Shown here: positions 32,501-43,864 of the stretch, piece after piece
Position numbering within the stretch: position 1 is the stretch's first letter
How the letters are laid out: each line of letters opens with the position of its first letter
NCBI GenBank assembly: GCA_964035575.1
Contig: OZ037833.1
Span: forward strand, 496,001-560,000
Source of the DNA: Rhynchopus sp. YZ270_cl-10
Lineage: Eukaryota
Reading direction: 5' to 3'
DNA length: 64,000 bases
Notes under the pieces: model-generated
Seen by the model: only the letters and a program-made list of their open reading frames with translations
What the model was told of the DNA's origin: nothing
The model's database searches: none
Program-made: the position numbers and the translations under genes

Positions 32501-33624
32501 CAGTCACGCACATTCGACACACACGTGTGCATCTCACGTTTCAGCTCTTCAATTGCAGGTTTGCCCAGAGAACAGTACACAGAGTGGATACCTGCACACA
32601 GTGCCCGGTTACTCTGGCACTCGAACTCGTAACCACCATACTTGCACATGGTGCCAGGTGTGCCGCACAAAGCATCATAGCTTTTATAACAGAGTTCGTC
32701 TTGGCTGATGCCAACAGGAATGAGCTCCAACGGGACAAAGGTGTAGTTTCCACAGTCGTTGACCACTGCAAGAATACACTGCAGCTGCTGCAGACACTCA
32801 GCAACGTTGCGCTCGTCACAGAACGTGTCATCCCCTTCGAAGCACAGCTTGCTGCCTTCATTGATGCACCCAGGGTTCGGAGCGTGGTTCAGAAACGGGA
32901 CTTCAAAGTTTGAGTAGTACGGGAACAAGTTCTGCTCCACACCACAGGTGTACGTGACACCCATGGCACAGGAAACTGCTGCCACTTGATACAAACCGCC
33001 ACCATGCGCTGCGTCTTGGATGTAATCAATGGCGTCTGACCAGGACATTCCGCAGTAGTTGTATGCTGTTTCGTCTGAGCAACGGTTGAACTCCTCGACT
33101 GGGTAGAATTCCATTTCCTCTCTTGTCTTGAAGTCATCGACGGGCCAGATCTCACTCTCGAGGCATACGTTCATAGCGGTCATGATGCACTTTATCTGGT
33201 CAAGACAGTCGATTGGGTTGGCGCAGAAGCCACCCTCAGCATCCCATGGACACTTCTCGATACGGTTGTACAAGCAGTCGTAAGCAACAGACGACTTCTC
33301 TGGTGTCTTCAACCCGGGCAGGTCGAACACATGCAGGTTCTTCGACACTGTGTGCTGCTGCAGGCACACAAGCCCATCCCGCATCACGACCCACCCCTTC
33401 TTCAGACAGGGCGGGTCCAGCAAGGTGCCACCGCAGTTCCAATCAGGTTTCGTTGTGTCCAGGCCTGCGTCCTTCATCGCCTGGTCCATGCACTGTGCAA
33501 AGACAAAGTCGTCATTCGTCTGTGGTGTCTTAGTAAAGTTCGCTACTCCTGCAACAGCACACAGCGCAACTACCGATGAGAGCATTGTTTGCACCCTTCG
33601 TTTGTGATTACCTGTAGGACGCAT
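29575..33624 (-). CDS. Cys-rich type I membrane (surface) protein with three ~425-aa tandem units (paralog C3); start may be ATG 33585
   Basis: 1349-aa ORF; signal-like MLSSVVALCAVAGVA; near-identical units at 1272- and 1290-bp spacing; TM LVYVLLSVSIALAVGVIALAYL; short tail ending QTDDV. Confidence 0.9.
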   Translation of the reverse strand: MRPTGNHKRRVQTMLSSVVALCAVAGVANFTKTPQTNDDFVFAQCMDQAMKDAGLDTTKPDWNCGGTLLDPPCLKKGWVVMRDGLVCLQQHTVSKNLHVFDLPGLKTPEKSSVAYDCLYNRIEKCPWDAEGGFCANPIDCLDQIKCIMTAMNVCLESEIWPVDDFKTREEMEFYPVEEFNRCSDETAYNYCGMSWSDAIDYIQDAAHGGGLYQVAAVSCAMGVTYTCGVEQNLFPYYSNFEVPFLNHAPNPGCINEGSKLCFEGDDTFCDERNVAECLQQLQCILAVVNDCGNYTFVPLELIPVGISQDELCYKSYDALCGTPGTMCKYGGYEFECQSNRALCAGIHSVYCSLGKPAIEELKREMHTCVSNVRDCGFVGPVEEWACTNEGVAAGGLHRCWIMSNCALTGANKCINLMMHIAFPDGSEVYTPAPTTPTPSGPTSAPPSGPPSGPFTKTPQTNDDFDFAQCMDQAMKDAGLDTTKPDWNCGGTLLDPPCLKKGSVVMRDGLVCLQQHTVSKNLHVFDLPGLKTPEKSSVAYDCLYNRIEKCPWDAEGGFCANPIDCLDQIKCIMTAMNVCLESEIWPVEHFKTREEIEFYPVEEFNRCSDETAYSYCGMSWSDAIDYIQYAAHGDGLDQMAAVSCVMGVTYTCGVEQNLFPYYSNFEVPFLNHAPNPGCINEGSKLCFEGDDTFCDERNVAECLQQLQCILAVVNDCGNYNFVPLELIPVGISQDELCYKSYDALCGTPGTMCKYGGYEFECQSNRALCAGIHSVYCSLGKPAIEELKREMHTCVSNVRDCGFVGPVEEWACTNEGVAAGGLHRCWIMSNCALTGANKCINLMMHIAFPDGSDVDTPALSTATPSGPTSAPPSGLPSVALSSPTNFTTTPQTNDDFVFAQCMDQAMKDAGLDTTKPDWNCGGTLLDPPCLKKGWVVMRDGLVCLQQHTVSKNLHVFDLPGLKTPEKSSVAYDCLYNRIEKCPWDAEGGFCTNPIDCLDQIKCIMTAMNVCLESEIWPVEHFKTREEIEFYPVEEFNRCSDETAYSYCGMSWSDAIDYIQYAAYGGGLYQVAAVSCAMGVTYTCGVEQNLFPYYSNFEVPFLNHAPNPGCINEGSKLCFEGDDTFCDERNVAECLQQLQCILAVVNDCGNYNFVPLELIPVGISQDELCYKNYNELCGTPGTMCKYGGYEFECQSNRALCAGIHSVYCSLGKPAIEELKREMHTCVSNVRDCGFVGPVEEWACTNEGVAAGGLHRCWTMSNCALTGANKCINLMMHIAFPDGSDVDTPAPTTPSTSSPPTPSPGGSSSNNTLVYVLLSVSIALAVGVIALAYLHFSKRARLVNRGLLQTDDV

Positions 33625-36310
33625 TTATAGTTGCAATAGTTTTATCAAAAGAGAAACAGTTTGACTTTCTTCTGATCCTTGAAATACAACAACCCTCTCG
33701 TGAACAGTGTCCTTGGGTACAAAATACCATGCAGTCCTACATCCATTACGTTACTTCTGACATGCCCGACTCTCCCGCTTCCTCTCATCAGTCAGATGAA
33801 CGGGGATCATTGTGGACAGAAATTGGGACCACGAATGGTTGGGTTGCGTGAACACCAAAGGTGTGGCATAATCGTAGCAGATTCGAAGGGTTGCTTGGGG
33901 TAAAGGATTGGTGGGTGGAATGTGGTTCTTTTTTTTTGTTGTATCGACAATCACCTACCGAGGTAGGATCTGTACACAATGTCGCCCTAAGGCTTTGTAC
34001 TTAATCGGTATGGACGGAGGCCATCCTCAACCCTAGAAAGTAGCTTTTATTTGTTGATTTGCATTCAAAGTGCTGTTTTATACACAAAAGTTGCATCTTC
34101 AAAGTTTTAGAGTAAGGGGGTGGGTTAAAAGGGGTCACGTGAAGAAAATAAAGTAGTTGGCAAAAATTTCAGTACATCATGTTTCAGTCCTAACTGCATA
34201 CATTGGTCGTAACAGAGGGGGACATCGTCAGTGCAAGACCCTCCGTGATGTAAAGAGATTAAGCCACTGTTGCTATTATCAAACAGTTTTCCATGGTCTA
34301 CTTGTCTTTTCTTAGAACTCAAAACCACAAAACCAAACGTATAAAAACATTTGCGACTTGGCTTCTGTCAGCTGGCAAGGGAGGTGTCGCTACTCACCTG
34401 TCCGAAGACTGCTGCCCTTTTTTTTTTTTTTTTTTTTTTGAAAACTTGGTTGTATTATTGTAGACTGATTGAAGGGGTTTGCTTTTTTCGCAGTTGTCAT
34501 TTTTGCTTTTTTTTTTTTTTTTTTTTTTTTTTTGGTAATTTTCATCAAACTTGTTTTATTTTTTCTTTTGGTGTTACCGAAAGGGCCCATATTGACAGGT
34601 CCTTGACATGTCCCCGACAGTGGGGGGTGTCATTTTATAATTTGCTTTCAGTGGTCGCGCTAATTATGGGAAAAAATGGGGAAAAAATGGATTTCGGGTA
34701 CGGAAAAACGTTCCTTGAAAAGGTTAGCTGGGGAGGCCCGGAAACCCCGTTTTGTGGCATTTCCGGGCCAATCCCGGCTTGTGGTGGGGTATATACGGAA
34801 AAATGGACAAAATTTTAGTGACTTAAATTTTCGCAAAATATGAACCCATACTCGTAAACAAGGGTCATTTTCAGGAAAATTCGGAAAATTCCGACATTTG
34901 GAAGCAATTTTTCTCCTGAAAATCAGTGGGTTTTCAGCCCCAAAACACACCGCGATTGGAATTTCCGGAATCCGTCCGCGCTGTGGTGGGGTCACTTTGC
35001 CGAAATGGCCAATTTTTTGGTTTTGGTCAAAATCCATGTGGGTAAAGAGGGCCAAGGTAAATCCCACAACCAGATTTTCTCTCCCTGATCCTGACGTCTT
35101 GCAACATGAAAATGCACGAAAACACCGGCATTTGCATTTCCGGAATTCGTCCGTTCTGTGGTGGGGTCAATTTGCCGAAATGGACAAGTTCTTGGTTTTG
35201 GTCAAAACCCGTCAGTGTAAGGTAAAGGGGGCAAGTGTTTGCCTGTAGAAACTGGAAGGGAACAGGCAGCGCCGCAGGCGCACGGTAACCAACTTTTTTT
35301 TTTTTTTTCCTTTTCTTTTTTTCTCCTCTTTCTTTTGACCAGGGTCCTAGCTTGGTTTTGGAAAAAAATGCCAAATCTGGGTCAGAATTTTTTTTTTGGG
35401 TCAGCAGAGGTTTTGGGCCTTGGGGGGCTTGTCTTGGCCTTTTTGGGTTTTCCGAGCTCTACCCTCACTGTGGTGGGGTCATTTCAGAAAAATGGACAAG
35501 TTTTTGACTGATACAAATTTTGGCCACTACGACTAGTGTTGCTCACAACGTTAAGTGGAACGCTACTATAACCATAAAAATCACTCCCCGTTCATAGATC
35601 ACCCAACACAAAATATATAAAATGGCGCCGCAGGCGAAAAAAATTAGGGTACGGTGTAAAAATGTAGCTTTTTACACCACAGAGTCACTCTACGAACCCT
35701 TTTTTGCGGAGCAAAAAAGGAAAAATGGCGCCGCAGGCAATAAAAATTGGGTCCAGCCCTGGACGGTGCCGGATTTTTTTGTCGATATTTTTTTTTCTTA
35801 CCCCAGAAAAGGTGGTGGGCCCCCCAAAGAGGGGAAAAAATCAGAATTTCCCAATTTCCAAATTAATTAATTCCCCCTTTTTTTTTTTTTTGTGGGTCGC
35901 GACCCAGGCACTTGGGTCAGCTTGACCCACTGACCCAGGCAAGCTAGGACTCTGCTTTTGACTTTCCGAGCCAATTGCGTTCCACGGCGGGGTCACATGT
36001 ATATGCAAGTCCACTATGTGGTGGTCTTACTCAACAATATTAGAACTTCTGGTTTCTTAATGAAATCCCCGTACTGCAAAAAAAAACGTTCCCACCAAAA
36101 CCCCCAAAAATCCCGGGATGAGGGATGGACTTTAGCGCGAGCCCTGTTTGCTTTATAGTGGGTTTTTTTTTTGCCCGGGAAAATCACCCACTAAGGAAGG
36201 GGCAGTGCTCAAAACCGCCCGAAGTCTGGAAATGGCCATCTTCTGGGCTATGTAGGCATCATAGGTGGTGCCTACTAGTGGTCTGAGCACACGGAGTTGT
36301 GAAAACTTGG

Positions 36311-37203
36311 CCATAGTACCATAGTACCATAGTACCATAGTACCATAGTACCATAGTACCATAGTACCATAGTACCATAGTACCATAGTACCATAGTACC
36401 ATAGTACCATAGTACCATAGTACCATAGTACCATAGTACCATAGTACCATAGTACCATAGTACCATAGTACCATAGTACCATAGTACCATAGTACCATAG
36501 TACCATAGTACCATAGTACCATAGTACCATAGTACCATAGTACCATAGTACCATAGTACCATAGTACCATAGTACCATAGTACCATAGTACCATAGTACC
36601 ATAGTACCATAGTACCATAGTACCATAGTACCATAGTACCATAGTACCATAGTACCATAGTACCATAGTACCATAGTACCATAGTACCATAGTACCATAG
36701 TACCATAGTACCATAGTACCATAGTACCATAGTACCATAGTACCATAGTACCATAGTACCATAGTACCATAGTACCATAGTACCATAGTACCATAGTACC
36801 ATAGTACCATAGTACCATAGTACCATAGTACCATAGTACCATAGTACCATAGTACCATAGTACCATAGTACCATAGTACCATAGTACCATAGTACCATAG
36901 TACCATAGTACCATAGTACCATAGTACCATAGTACCATAGTACCATAGTACCATAGTACCATAGTACCATAGTACCATAGTACCATAGTACCATAGTACC
37001 ATAGTACCATAGTACCATAGTACCATAGTACCATAGTACCATAGTACCATAGTACCATAGTACCATAGTACCATAGTACCATAGTACCATAGTACCATAG
37101 TACCATAGTACCATAGTACCATAGTACCATAGTACCATAGTACCATAGTACCATAGTACCATAGTACCATAGTACCATAGTACCATAGTACCATAGTACC
37201 ATA
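36311..37203. repeat. (CCATAGTA)n perfect 8-mer array, ~111 units
   Basis: Directly visible; no variant units seen. Confidence 0.97.
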
Positions 37204-37515
37204 AGATCGTTGTGCATGAAGTGTGGGACACAAAAAATATCCAGCCGTCCCTGTATCAGTTGAGGAAGGGTTTGGGAGGAATGGTCGAGGCCATCGTAAG
37301 CCTACGTGGGGACGGTACGTGGCCAATAGCTCACCTGTCACATCAGCAGCGATGCGACGTACGATTCTGTAACGAAGGAACACTTTGATTGCGCGGTGAC
37401 GCTGGCCAGCAACAGGCGGACAGAATCCGAGCGTTCTGCCTACAGGACAAGGAGCTGCGCGAGGGGTTCGACACAGCGCCAACGTAGGGCGTTGGCCTCT
37501 TCCTTCGTACACAGA

Positions 37516-37806
37516 CACAGTACACAGTACACAGTACACAGTACACAGTACACAGTACACAGTACACAGTACACAGTACACAGTACACAGTACACAGTAC
37601 ACAGTACACAGTACACAGTACACAGTACACAGTACACAGTACACAGTACACAGTACACAGTACACAGTACACAGTACACAGTACACAGTACACAGTACAC
37701 AGTACACAGTACACAGTACACAGTACACAGTACACAGTACACAGTACACAGTACACAGTACACAGTACACAGTACACAGTACACAGTACACAGTACACAG
37801 TACACA
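37516..37806. repeat. (CACAGTA)n perfect 7-mer array, ~41 units
   Basis: Directly visible. Confidence 0.97.
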
Positions 37807-38847
37807 CCGGCAAACATGGTCAAAATCAGGTGGAATATACATAAGTACATCATGGGGGGGTAGGGAACAGGTAGCGCCGCAGGCGCACGGTACCCAACTT
37901 TTTCCTTTTTTCTTTCCCCTTTTCTCTGCTTTCTTTTGATTGCGCGAGCCGATTGCTCTCCACGGTGGGGTCACATGTGTGTCCAAACACTATCTGAAGT
38001 ACACAGTACACAGTACAGTACTGCGGGAAAAAAACCCACTGTATACCAAATTATAAAATGACACACCCCCCCTATATTGACAGGTCCTTGACATGTCCTT
38101 GACATGTCCCCGACAGGTGTTCGGTAACACCATCTTTTTATTTTTTTATTTTTTAACCGGAAAAGGGGGGTGGGGGACAAAACAATTATCCCCCGTTTTT
38201 TCTCCCCCATTTTGTTTTTTTTTTTATCCCCCATTTTTTGAGAAGAAAAAACTGGCGATATTTTTTTTATTTTAGCCCCCACTACAATTATCCCACCCCC
38301 CCTTTTACTTCAAAAATCTAAGTATTTTTGTTCTTGCAAATGGAAAAATTGACCGCCACCCACTATCAATCACGACTGTGTATTGAGGGGGGAACGATAA
38401 AGAAATGTTGAAGGAATAATGGGTCTGCGCGACTATGCACAGTCGAAGGGAGAGGTGGGGAAATGGACGTTACGTGCAAACGTTGAAATGCAAACGAAGC
38501 TGAGGACGCGGGGTCATTGAAGGGGCCCATTAAAAGTGAAGTTATTAATGCAGGCACCTCCGACTGACCCACGTATGATGACAGCCCCGGATTTCTTTTA
38601 GATATTTACAAGAACATCCATTCAGGAAACCGCAACCCATGCGTGGCAGAGTGACTACTCTGGCCTGACCGCTGGTCGCTCTTTATGCTCCGGGTGCAAG
38701 CACCCATCATAGGGGACCCAGTATTACTCAGCATTTATATACCCTGCCAGGGTGAACCTGATAAAAGAGGGCAGGGGCGGTTAGACCGAGGACAAGGGGA
38801 GTCCCGCATACCCAAAAAGAAAGACAAGGCAATGCACTGGTGATATA

Positions 38848-39247
38848 CAGTAGGACAAGAAACTTGGCGACCAAATAATATTGGCGGATTTTGGGGGTTT
38901 TCTTGTAATTGGCGACTTTTTCGGTCGCCAATATTAATTGGTAGGGTAGTGGTTCTTAGTCGCAGTGGTTGGGAAGTGGTTTTTTTTTCGCAATTTTGGG
39001 TAAAGTTTTTGCCTCACCATGTGTATTTTTGGATGGCTGCGTGAGTGCGTGGCGCGGAGGTAATATTCGACGTTCTTGAAAGATACGCTGCACCTGGTGC
39101 ACTGAAGGGGCACATTTTTTGTACTTTTTGTACCAATAATAACCGCTTTCCCACCAAATAACTTGGCGACCAAAAAATATTGGCGGATTTTGGGAGTTTT
39201 CTTGCAATTGGCGACTTTTTTGGTCGCCAATATTACTTGTCCAACTG
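38848..39247. mobile_element. 400-bp Tc1/mariner-like MITE, TA TSD, inserted in an R1 copy
   Basis: TA|CAGTAGGACAAG ... CTTGTCCAACTG|TA; the empty site CTGGTGATATAGGAG is present at ~45632-45646. Confidence 0.9.
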
Positions 39248-39525
39248 TAGGAGGGGCAGGGTTGCTGAAAAACAAAAAGACCCTGAAGGCAAAACGCCCC
39301 GCATACCCCTCCTCGCCTCCTGTTTTGTAATCTCTCAGGTAGGAGACATCGGTTCGAGCGGTCAACACCTTCATAGAGTTTCTGGAGGAACGGAACCTCG
39401 GATGCAATTTATGATCCAGCCCAGGACCTAGAAAAAGATTGAGGCAGAAGATGCATAGAATCCGGATCATATAAAAGAGAATCATGAAAGAGAATCACAT
39501 TTAAAAAAAAAAGAATCAGATAAAA

Positions 39526-40400
39526 TTTATCATACAATGCAACGAGGCCGGGTACGCCTGAAAATACTCATATCTGGAAAATATATATCTGAGGCGTGCC
39601 TGAGGCGTACTCGGGATTAGTTACGTTTAAGTACGCCTCAGGCACGCCTGAGTATATATCAACGCATACTTGCGTTTCAGGCGCCTGGTATGGATTTTCC
39701 CCCCGCAAAAAGGGCCTCTGATGCATTTCCGGAGCGATCTGAAAAAAATCCAGGGTCGGACAATTTTTTAGCAAAAAATGCGTGACTTTAAGTTTGTCCC
39801 AAAATCAGGGAAATACACCCGGTTTCATATTTCTGCTGATATATAAAATTATTACGCACAGGTCATCACGTTTCTAAGTCATGCCATGTATTTACCCCGC
39901 CCCCTGAAATATGCTGAAATGAACTTTCGGTGTCCTGCTGAGAAATTGCGGGGTCGCAAGATATTTTTAGTGGAAAAATATCATGGTTACTGCTTACAGT
40001 AAACTGCCTCCTAAAAAGAGGCTTCGCAGAAGATGAGTCATACCTTGCATGTATAAAAAAGGCCTTTGGTCGCCCCATAGTTGTATCCACCAAAATATAT
40101 CATCAGCACCAAGGCTTAGCGAACCCTTTTCATTTTTTCGACTCGCTCGGCCCACAGGCACATTTTTCATCGTGACCCCGCATTTGAAAGATTTTGCTAC
40201 CTCTGAATCGAAAGCCACAAAATTTGGGGGGAAATACTTTTTTGTCCATGATCAAAATGCTGGTAAGAAATATAAATATACTAGGCGTGCCTGAGGCGTA
40301 CTTAAACGTAACTAATCCTGAGTACGCCTCAGGCACGCCTGAGTATTTATTTTCAAGCCTTGGCGAGGCCGACTCGGCCTCGTTGCGTTGTATGATAAAA
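39526..40400. mobile_element. Inverted-repeat element with nested palindromes, possibly a further Crypton-like derivative
   Basis: TTTATCATACAATGCAACGAGGCCG ... CGGCCTCGTTGCGTTGTATGATAAA; two inverted copies of AGGCGTGCCTGAGGCGTACT..AGTACGCCTCAGGCACGCCT; ATAAAAGAGAATCAT on both sides. Confidence 0.65.
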
Positions 40401-40437
40401 GAGAATCATATAAAAACACGCAGATTATTTTTACAAA

Positions 40438-40798
40438 GGGAAGGCTCGTTTTTCCATTTAATGTTACAAAATAACAATAAAGGGGGGGGAGGGGGTCCGA
40501 CCGAAATCCGGGGAAAAAACTTTTTTTTTTTTTGTAACAATGGCGGGAAAAAGTGGCTTTTTCCAACAACAAGAACTTGTCCATTTCGGCAGATTGACCC
40601 CACCACAGTGCGGACGGATTCCGGAAATGCAAATGCGGGTGTTTTCGGATGTGCACGTCCACTGCGCCTTGTTGTTACAATAAATGACAATTCGGAAAAA
40701 CGGTTTTTCCGTGTTACATAGGGGGTGGGGAGGGGGGGTCACCGGGAAAAATGGTTTATTGTTACTTTGTAACATTAAATGGAAAAACGAGCCTTCCC
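40438..40798. mobile_element. PIF/Harbinger-like MITE, AAA TSD; TIR related to 54053-58017
   Basis: AAA|GGGAAGGCTCGTTTTTCCATTTAATGTTACAAA ... TTTGTAACATTAAATGGAAAAACGAGCCTTCCC|AAA. Confidence 0.85.
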
Positions 40799-41143
40799 AA
40801 AACGATTTTTTTCAGCTTGAAATAAAAAAAAAAATGCGCAGGGGCTTTTTATGGTCACATTTGGGTGAAACATTGGAGGACACATGGACCGCATGGGGGC
40901 ACGTCTGCACCCCCCTGGCTCCACATGGCTCACACCCCGCATATGCGCCCGGGCCTACATTGCTGCGTATGGGCCCAGTATAACGGTCTTTCGACCAAAA
41001 GTGGAGGGATACTATTTGTCTTTGCCAGGAAGGTAAGGAAAGTGACCGGGAGGGATACAAATGTTCACAAAATAAAGTGCTTCACTTTAGACCATTATCA
41101 CGGGATAGCAGCCACGGTTTTTCTTCACAGAAACAAAAACTAT

Positions 41144-43864
41144 CTATTTATTCGACTTTTTATACAGTAGTTTTATTTTGCGATAATTTCACGCATTAAT
41201 TTTCGATGCGAGTGTGGTTAATTTGCCGAGCGCAGCGAGGCAAATTGAGCTCACGAGCATCGAAAATTAATAAGTGAAATATCGCAAAATAACTACTGTA
41301 TAAAAATTCGAATAGGTATACATAGCGCTCTAATTAGAGTATTAGGGTATAATTAGAGTCTGGGATTTTGGGCCAAGTCAGTTAGAGTCCAGTTAGAGTA
41401 TAATTAGAGTCGCTTTTCTTCAATTAGACTATAATTAGAGTGCAGTTAGAGCATAATTAGACTCTAACTACACTCTAATTATAGTCTAATTAGAGTAAAA
41501 CAACAGGCTTCTTGTAGGTGCAAACGCCGTAAGGAACCGGTCCCCCTAAGGTTCCTCTGTAGGACCCAGGTGCCCAGGTACCCACATAGCTGAAAATAAG
41601 ACTTGGGGAACCGAGTTATCAGGACACAATATGTGAAGGCGCTGTGGGTCCGCCTGAAAGCGGGTCGGGGACCCGGTCGCGGGAGGGTGGGGGCCTAGTC
41701 CTAGTCCTACTGTACCTAGTACCCAGTACCGGGAGTAGGCGCAACCCGGGACTCGGGACCCGGCTTATTCTCAGCTATGGGTACCCAGGTACTCAAACCC
41801 GCGCAGTGGCACATGCCCTCAAGTGTGAGTGACCCACACATTAGGGAATGCGATGCAAAAACTCTATGTGCACCTTCGGTGCAACGGCGCAGACAGGCCA
41901 AGCAGCGTTGGACTCAGAGGAATGCCCGCTGTGCAGGTATCAAACATGAGAACCAACTCCCAGCAACAAGGGGCGCCTTTTGGCGGGCGTTATTGAAGGT
42001 GTTTCGGGTGCAAAGTTTTCTACAATTTTGATGCGCGGGTACAGAAGTGGTGTCTTGTTCTTTCATCTGTAGGAATGTAAATGTCAATCGCGTTTAACTA
42101 CCACTAAGGGGTCGAAGGGATAATCCCAGTATCAACGGCTGTGTTGACGGGAAATCTATAGCGAGCATACGTTCATTTCATCCGAAGAAATACTACTTAT
42201 GAACCCAGGAGAGATCCAAGCCTGAACGCGCTGAACAACTACCCGCGATTGACTTAGATGTTATACCAAAGAGAATTCATAACAAAACAACACCCTGCCC
42301 CATACACCAAATAGCCATGCTTCAAGTGCATGCCCTGGGCCAAAATTCCTGTGCTACAAAGGCAACAAGACCATCCACAAGGAGTGTGAATTGTGCACTG
42401 GTTTTCTGGGGGAACAAACAATATTTTCTTGTGTCTGGTTCTCTGCAAGCAGAGAACAGACTTTCTGGATTACAAATTCGAATTTCTTGCACTAGCTATG
42501 CCCCCTGGGTTGATGGCTATAGCATTGATTGATGTGCCCCTCTTTATTGACCCTCTTATAGGACTCTAATTAGACTCTAATTAGAGTCCAGTTAGAGTAT
42601 TAGAGTTCAGTTAGAGTTTTAAAGACTCTAATTATACTCGAACTGCCGACTCTAATTATCTAGTTAGAGTCTAATTGGAGCGCTATGTATAAATAGGTAA
42701 TTTTAATTTGCGTGTTAAATAAAGTTCTAGTGGGGGCTCTGTTGGAAAAGGGTAACTTATTTGTTGTGCGATCCATTAATGATGATGACTGTGACAACGC
42801 GATAATTTCGTGGGAACATTAAAAGAGAAAAGTTTGTAAGATGATCCTAAGCCTCTCGTGCTCAGGATCACGTCACCTTAAAAAAGAGGGATGGGGTGAA
42901 CAGAGAAAAGCGAGTGGTTATGAGGTACTTTTTACGGTGCGACTCAGGGATATGATGAGAATTTGTTGAAACCGCATTTGGTGTATGAAGGGACAGAGAC
43001 AGTGCCTCCTATGTTGTCACTTCCGGGGTCTGCTGCAGGGTGGGCAATCCAGGCGCAGGAGATTCAACAGCATTCGCAACATCGTGGTGATGCTGGACCG
43101 CTCCTGCCCCCGCCCCCGGCAAATTCACTGTATGGTGCGCAGCCTCCATACCCGCCTTCTGATGGCCCTGCCGCTCCACAGCGTGACACAAGCCCTGAGC
43201 CATACGGACCGATGAGGATGATTTCCTCTACCACAACCAGGAGCAGGAGCAAAGAAGAGCTGACCGTGCTTCTCAAACGCGTTGCTACCACCACCACCAC
43301 TCCTCGGTGGAAGATGCCTAAACGTAACGAACCGTCTTCGCTATGTGCGCTACACACAACGAGTGGTCACGAATCGCAGACTCGTGCCAGTTGTGTGGCT
43401 AAACCTCTCTGCTTGGGTTTTTGGGTGGAAAAACGTGGGTTGCGTGGCACTGCAATGGGGGGCACGTGTGCACCACCCTATGTGGCCCACACAAGGTTCT
43501 GACACCCCGGCATTGCGTTTCCCACCCCACATACTCGGGTGTGGTCTCAAAAAATCGTTTTTTGGTTTGAAACTCGAGGTTTCTGGTGAGAAATGCCTGT
43601 TTTTCCTGTACAAAAATACAGTGAAATTATCCCGAAAAAAAATCACGCCACTGGCGTGAACAAAATAAAAAAAAATCACGCTCCTATGTATTTTCCCACA
43701 GAAAAATAAAAACACAAGTGAAAAAAAGTGAAAATACTGTGAAAAAAAGTGCCTCCACAGTAGTTTTATTTTCTGATAAAACGTCATAGACAAATTATCG
43801 ACAATTAAAATTACCCTTTTCCAACGGAGCCCCACTAGAACTTTATTTAACAAGTGAATTAAAT
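41144..43864. mobile_element. Composite double-inverted-repeat element, Crypton-like (copy 2)
   Basis: IR1 cassette 41149-41314 with AATTTGCCGAGCGCAGCGAGGCAAATT; spacer GGTAATTTT (after removing the insert); IR2 TTAAATAAAGTTCTAGTGGGG..TTGGAAAAGGGTAA / TTACCCTTTTCCAA..CCCCACTAGAACTTTATTTAA. Confidence 0.7.
41317..42691. mobile_element. TIR element with TAATTAGAGT subterminal repeats, 6-bp TSD AATAGG, carrying the shared core
   Basis: AATAGG|TATACATAGCGCTC ... GAGCGCTATGTATA|AATAGG. Confidence 0.8.

Larger units (their letters stand above)
34569..38132. mobile_element. TGGTG...CACCA element with 5-bp TSD (TCTTT), enlarged by a nested element at 34622-38072
   Basis: TCTTT|TGGTGTTACCGAA ... TTCGGTAACACCA|TCTTT; TTGACAGGTCCTTGACATGTCC subrepeats both sides; inner TIR GGGGGGTGTCATTTTATAATTTG / CAAATTATAAAATGACACACCCCCCC. 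Confidence 0.75.

Noticed and set aside
33740..33800. CTGATGAG on the minus strand as a hammerhead ribozyme core
   Set aside because: No stem II/GAAA partner found; the paralogous copy near 49150 lacks the CTGATGA core.
36153..37986. Long ORFs (MVLWYYGT)n and (VYCVLCT)n
   Set aside because: Stop-free translations of 7/8-mer satellites, open in several frames.
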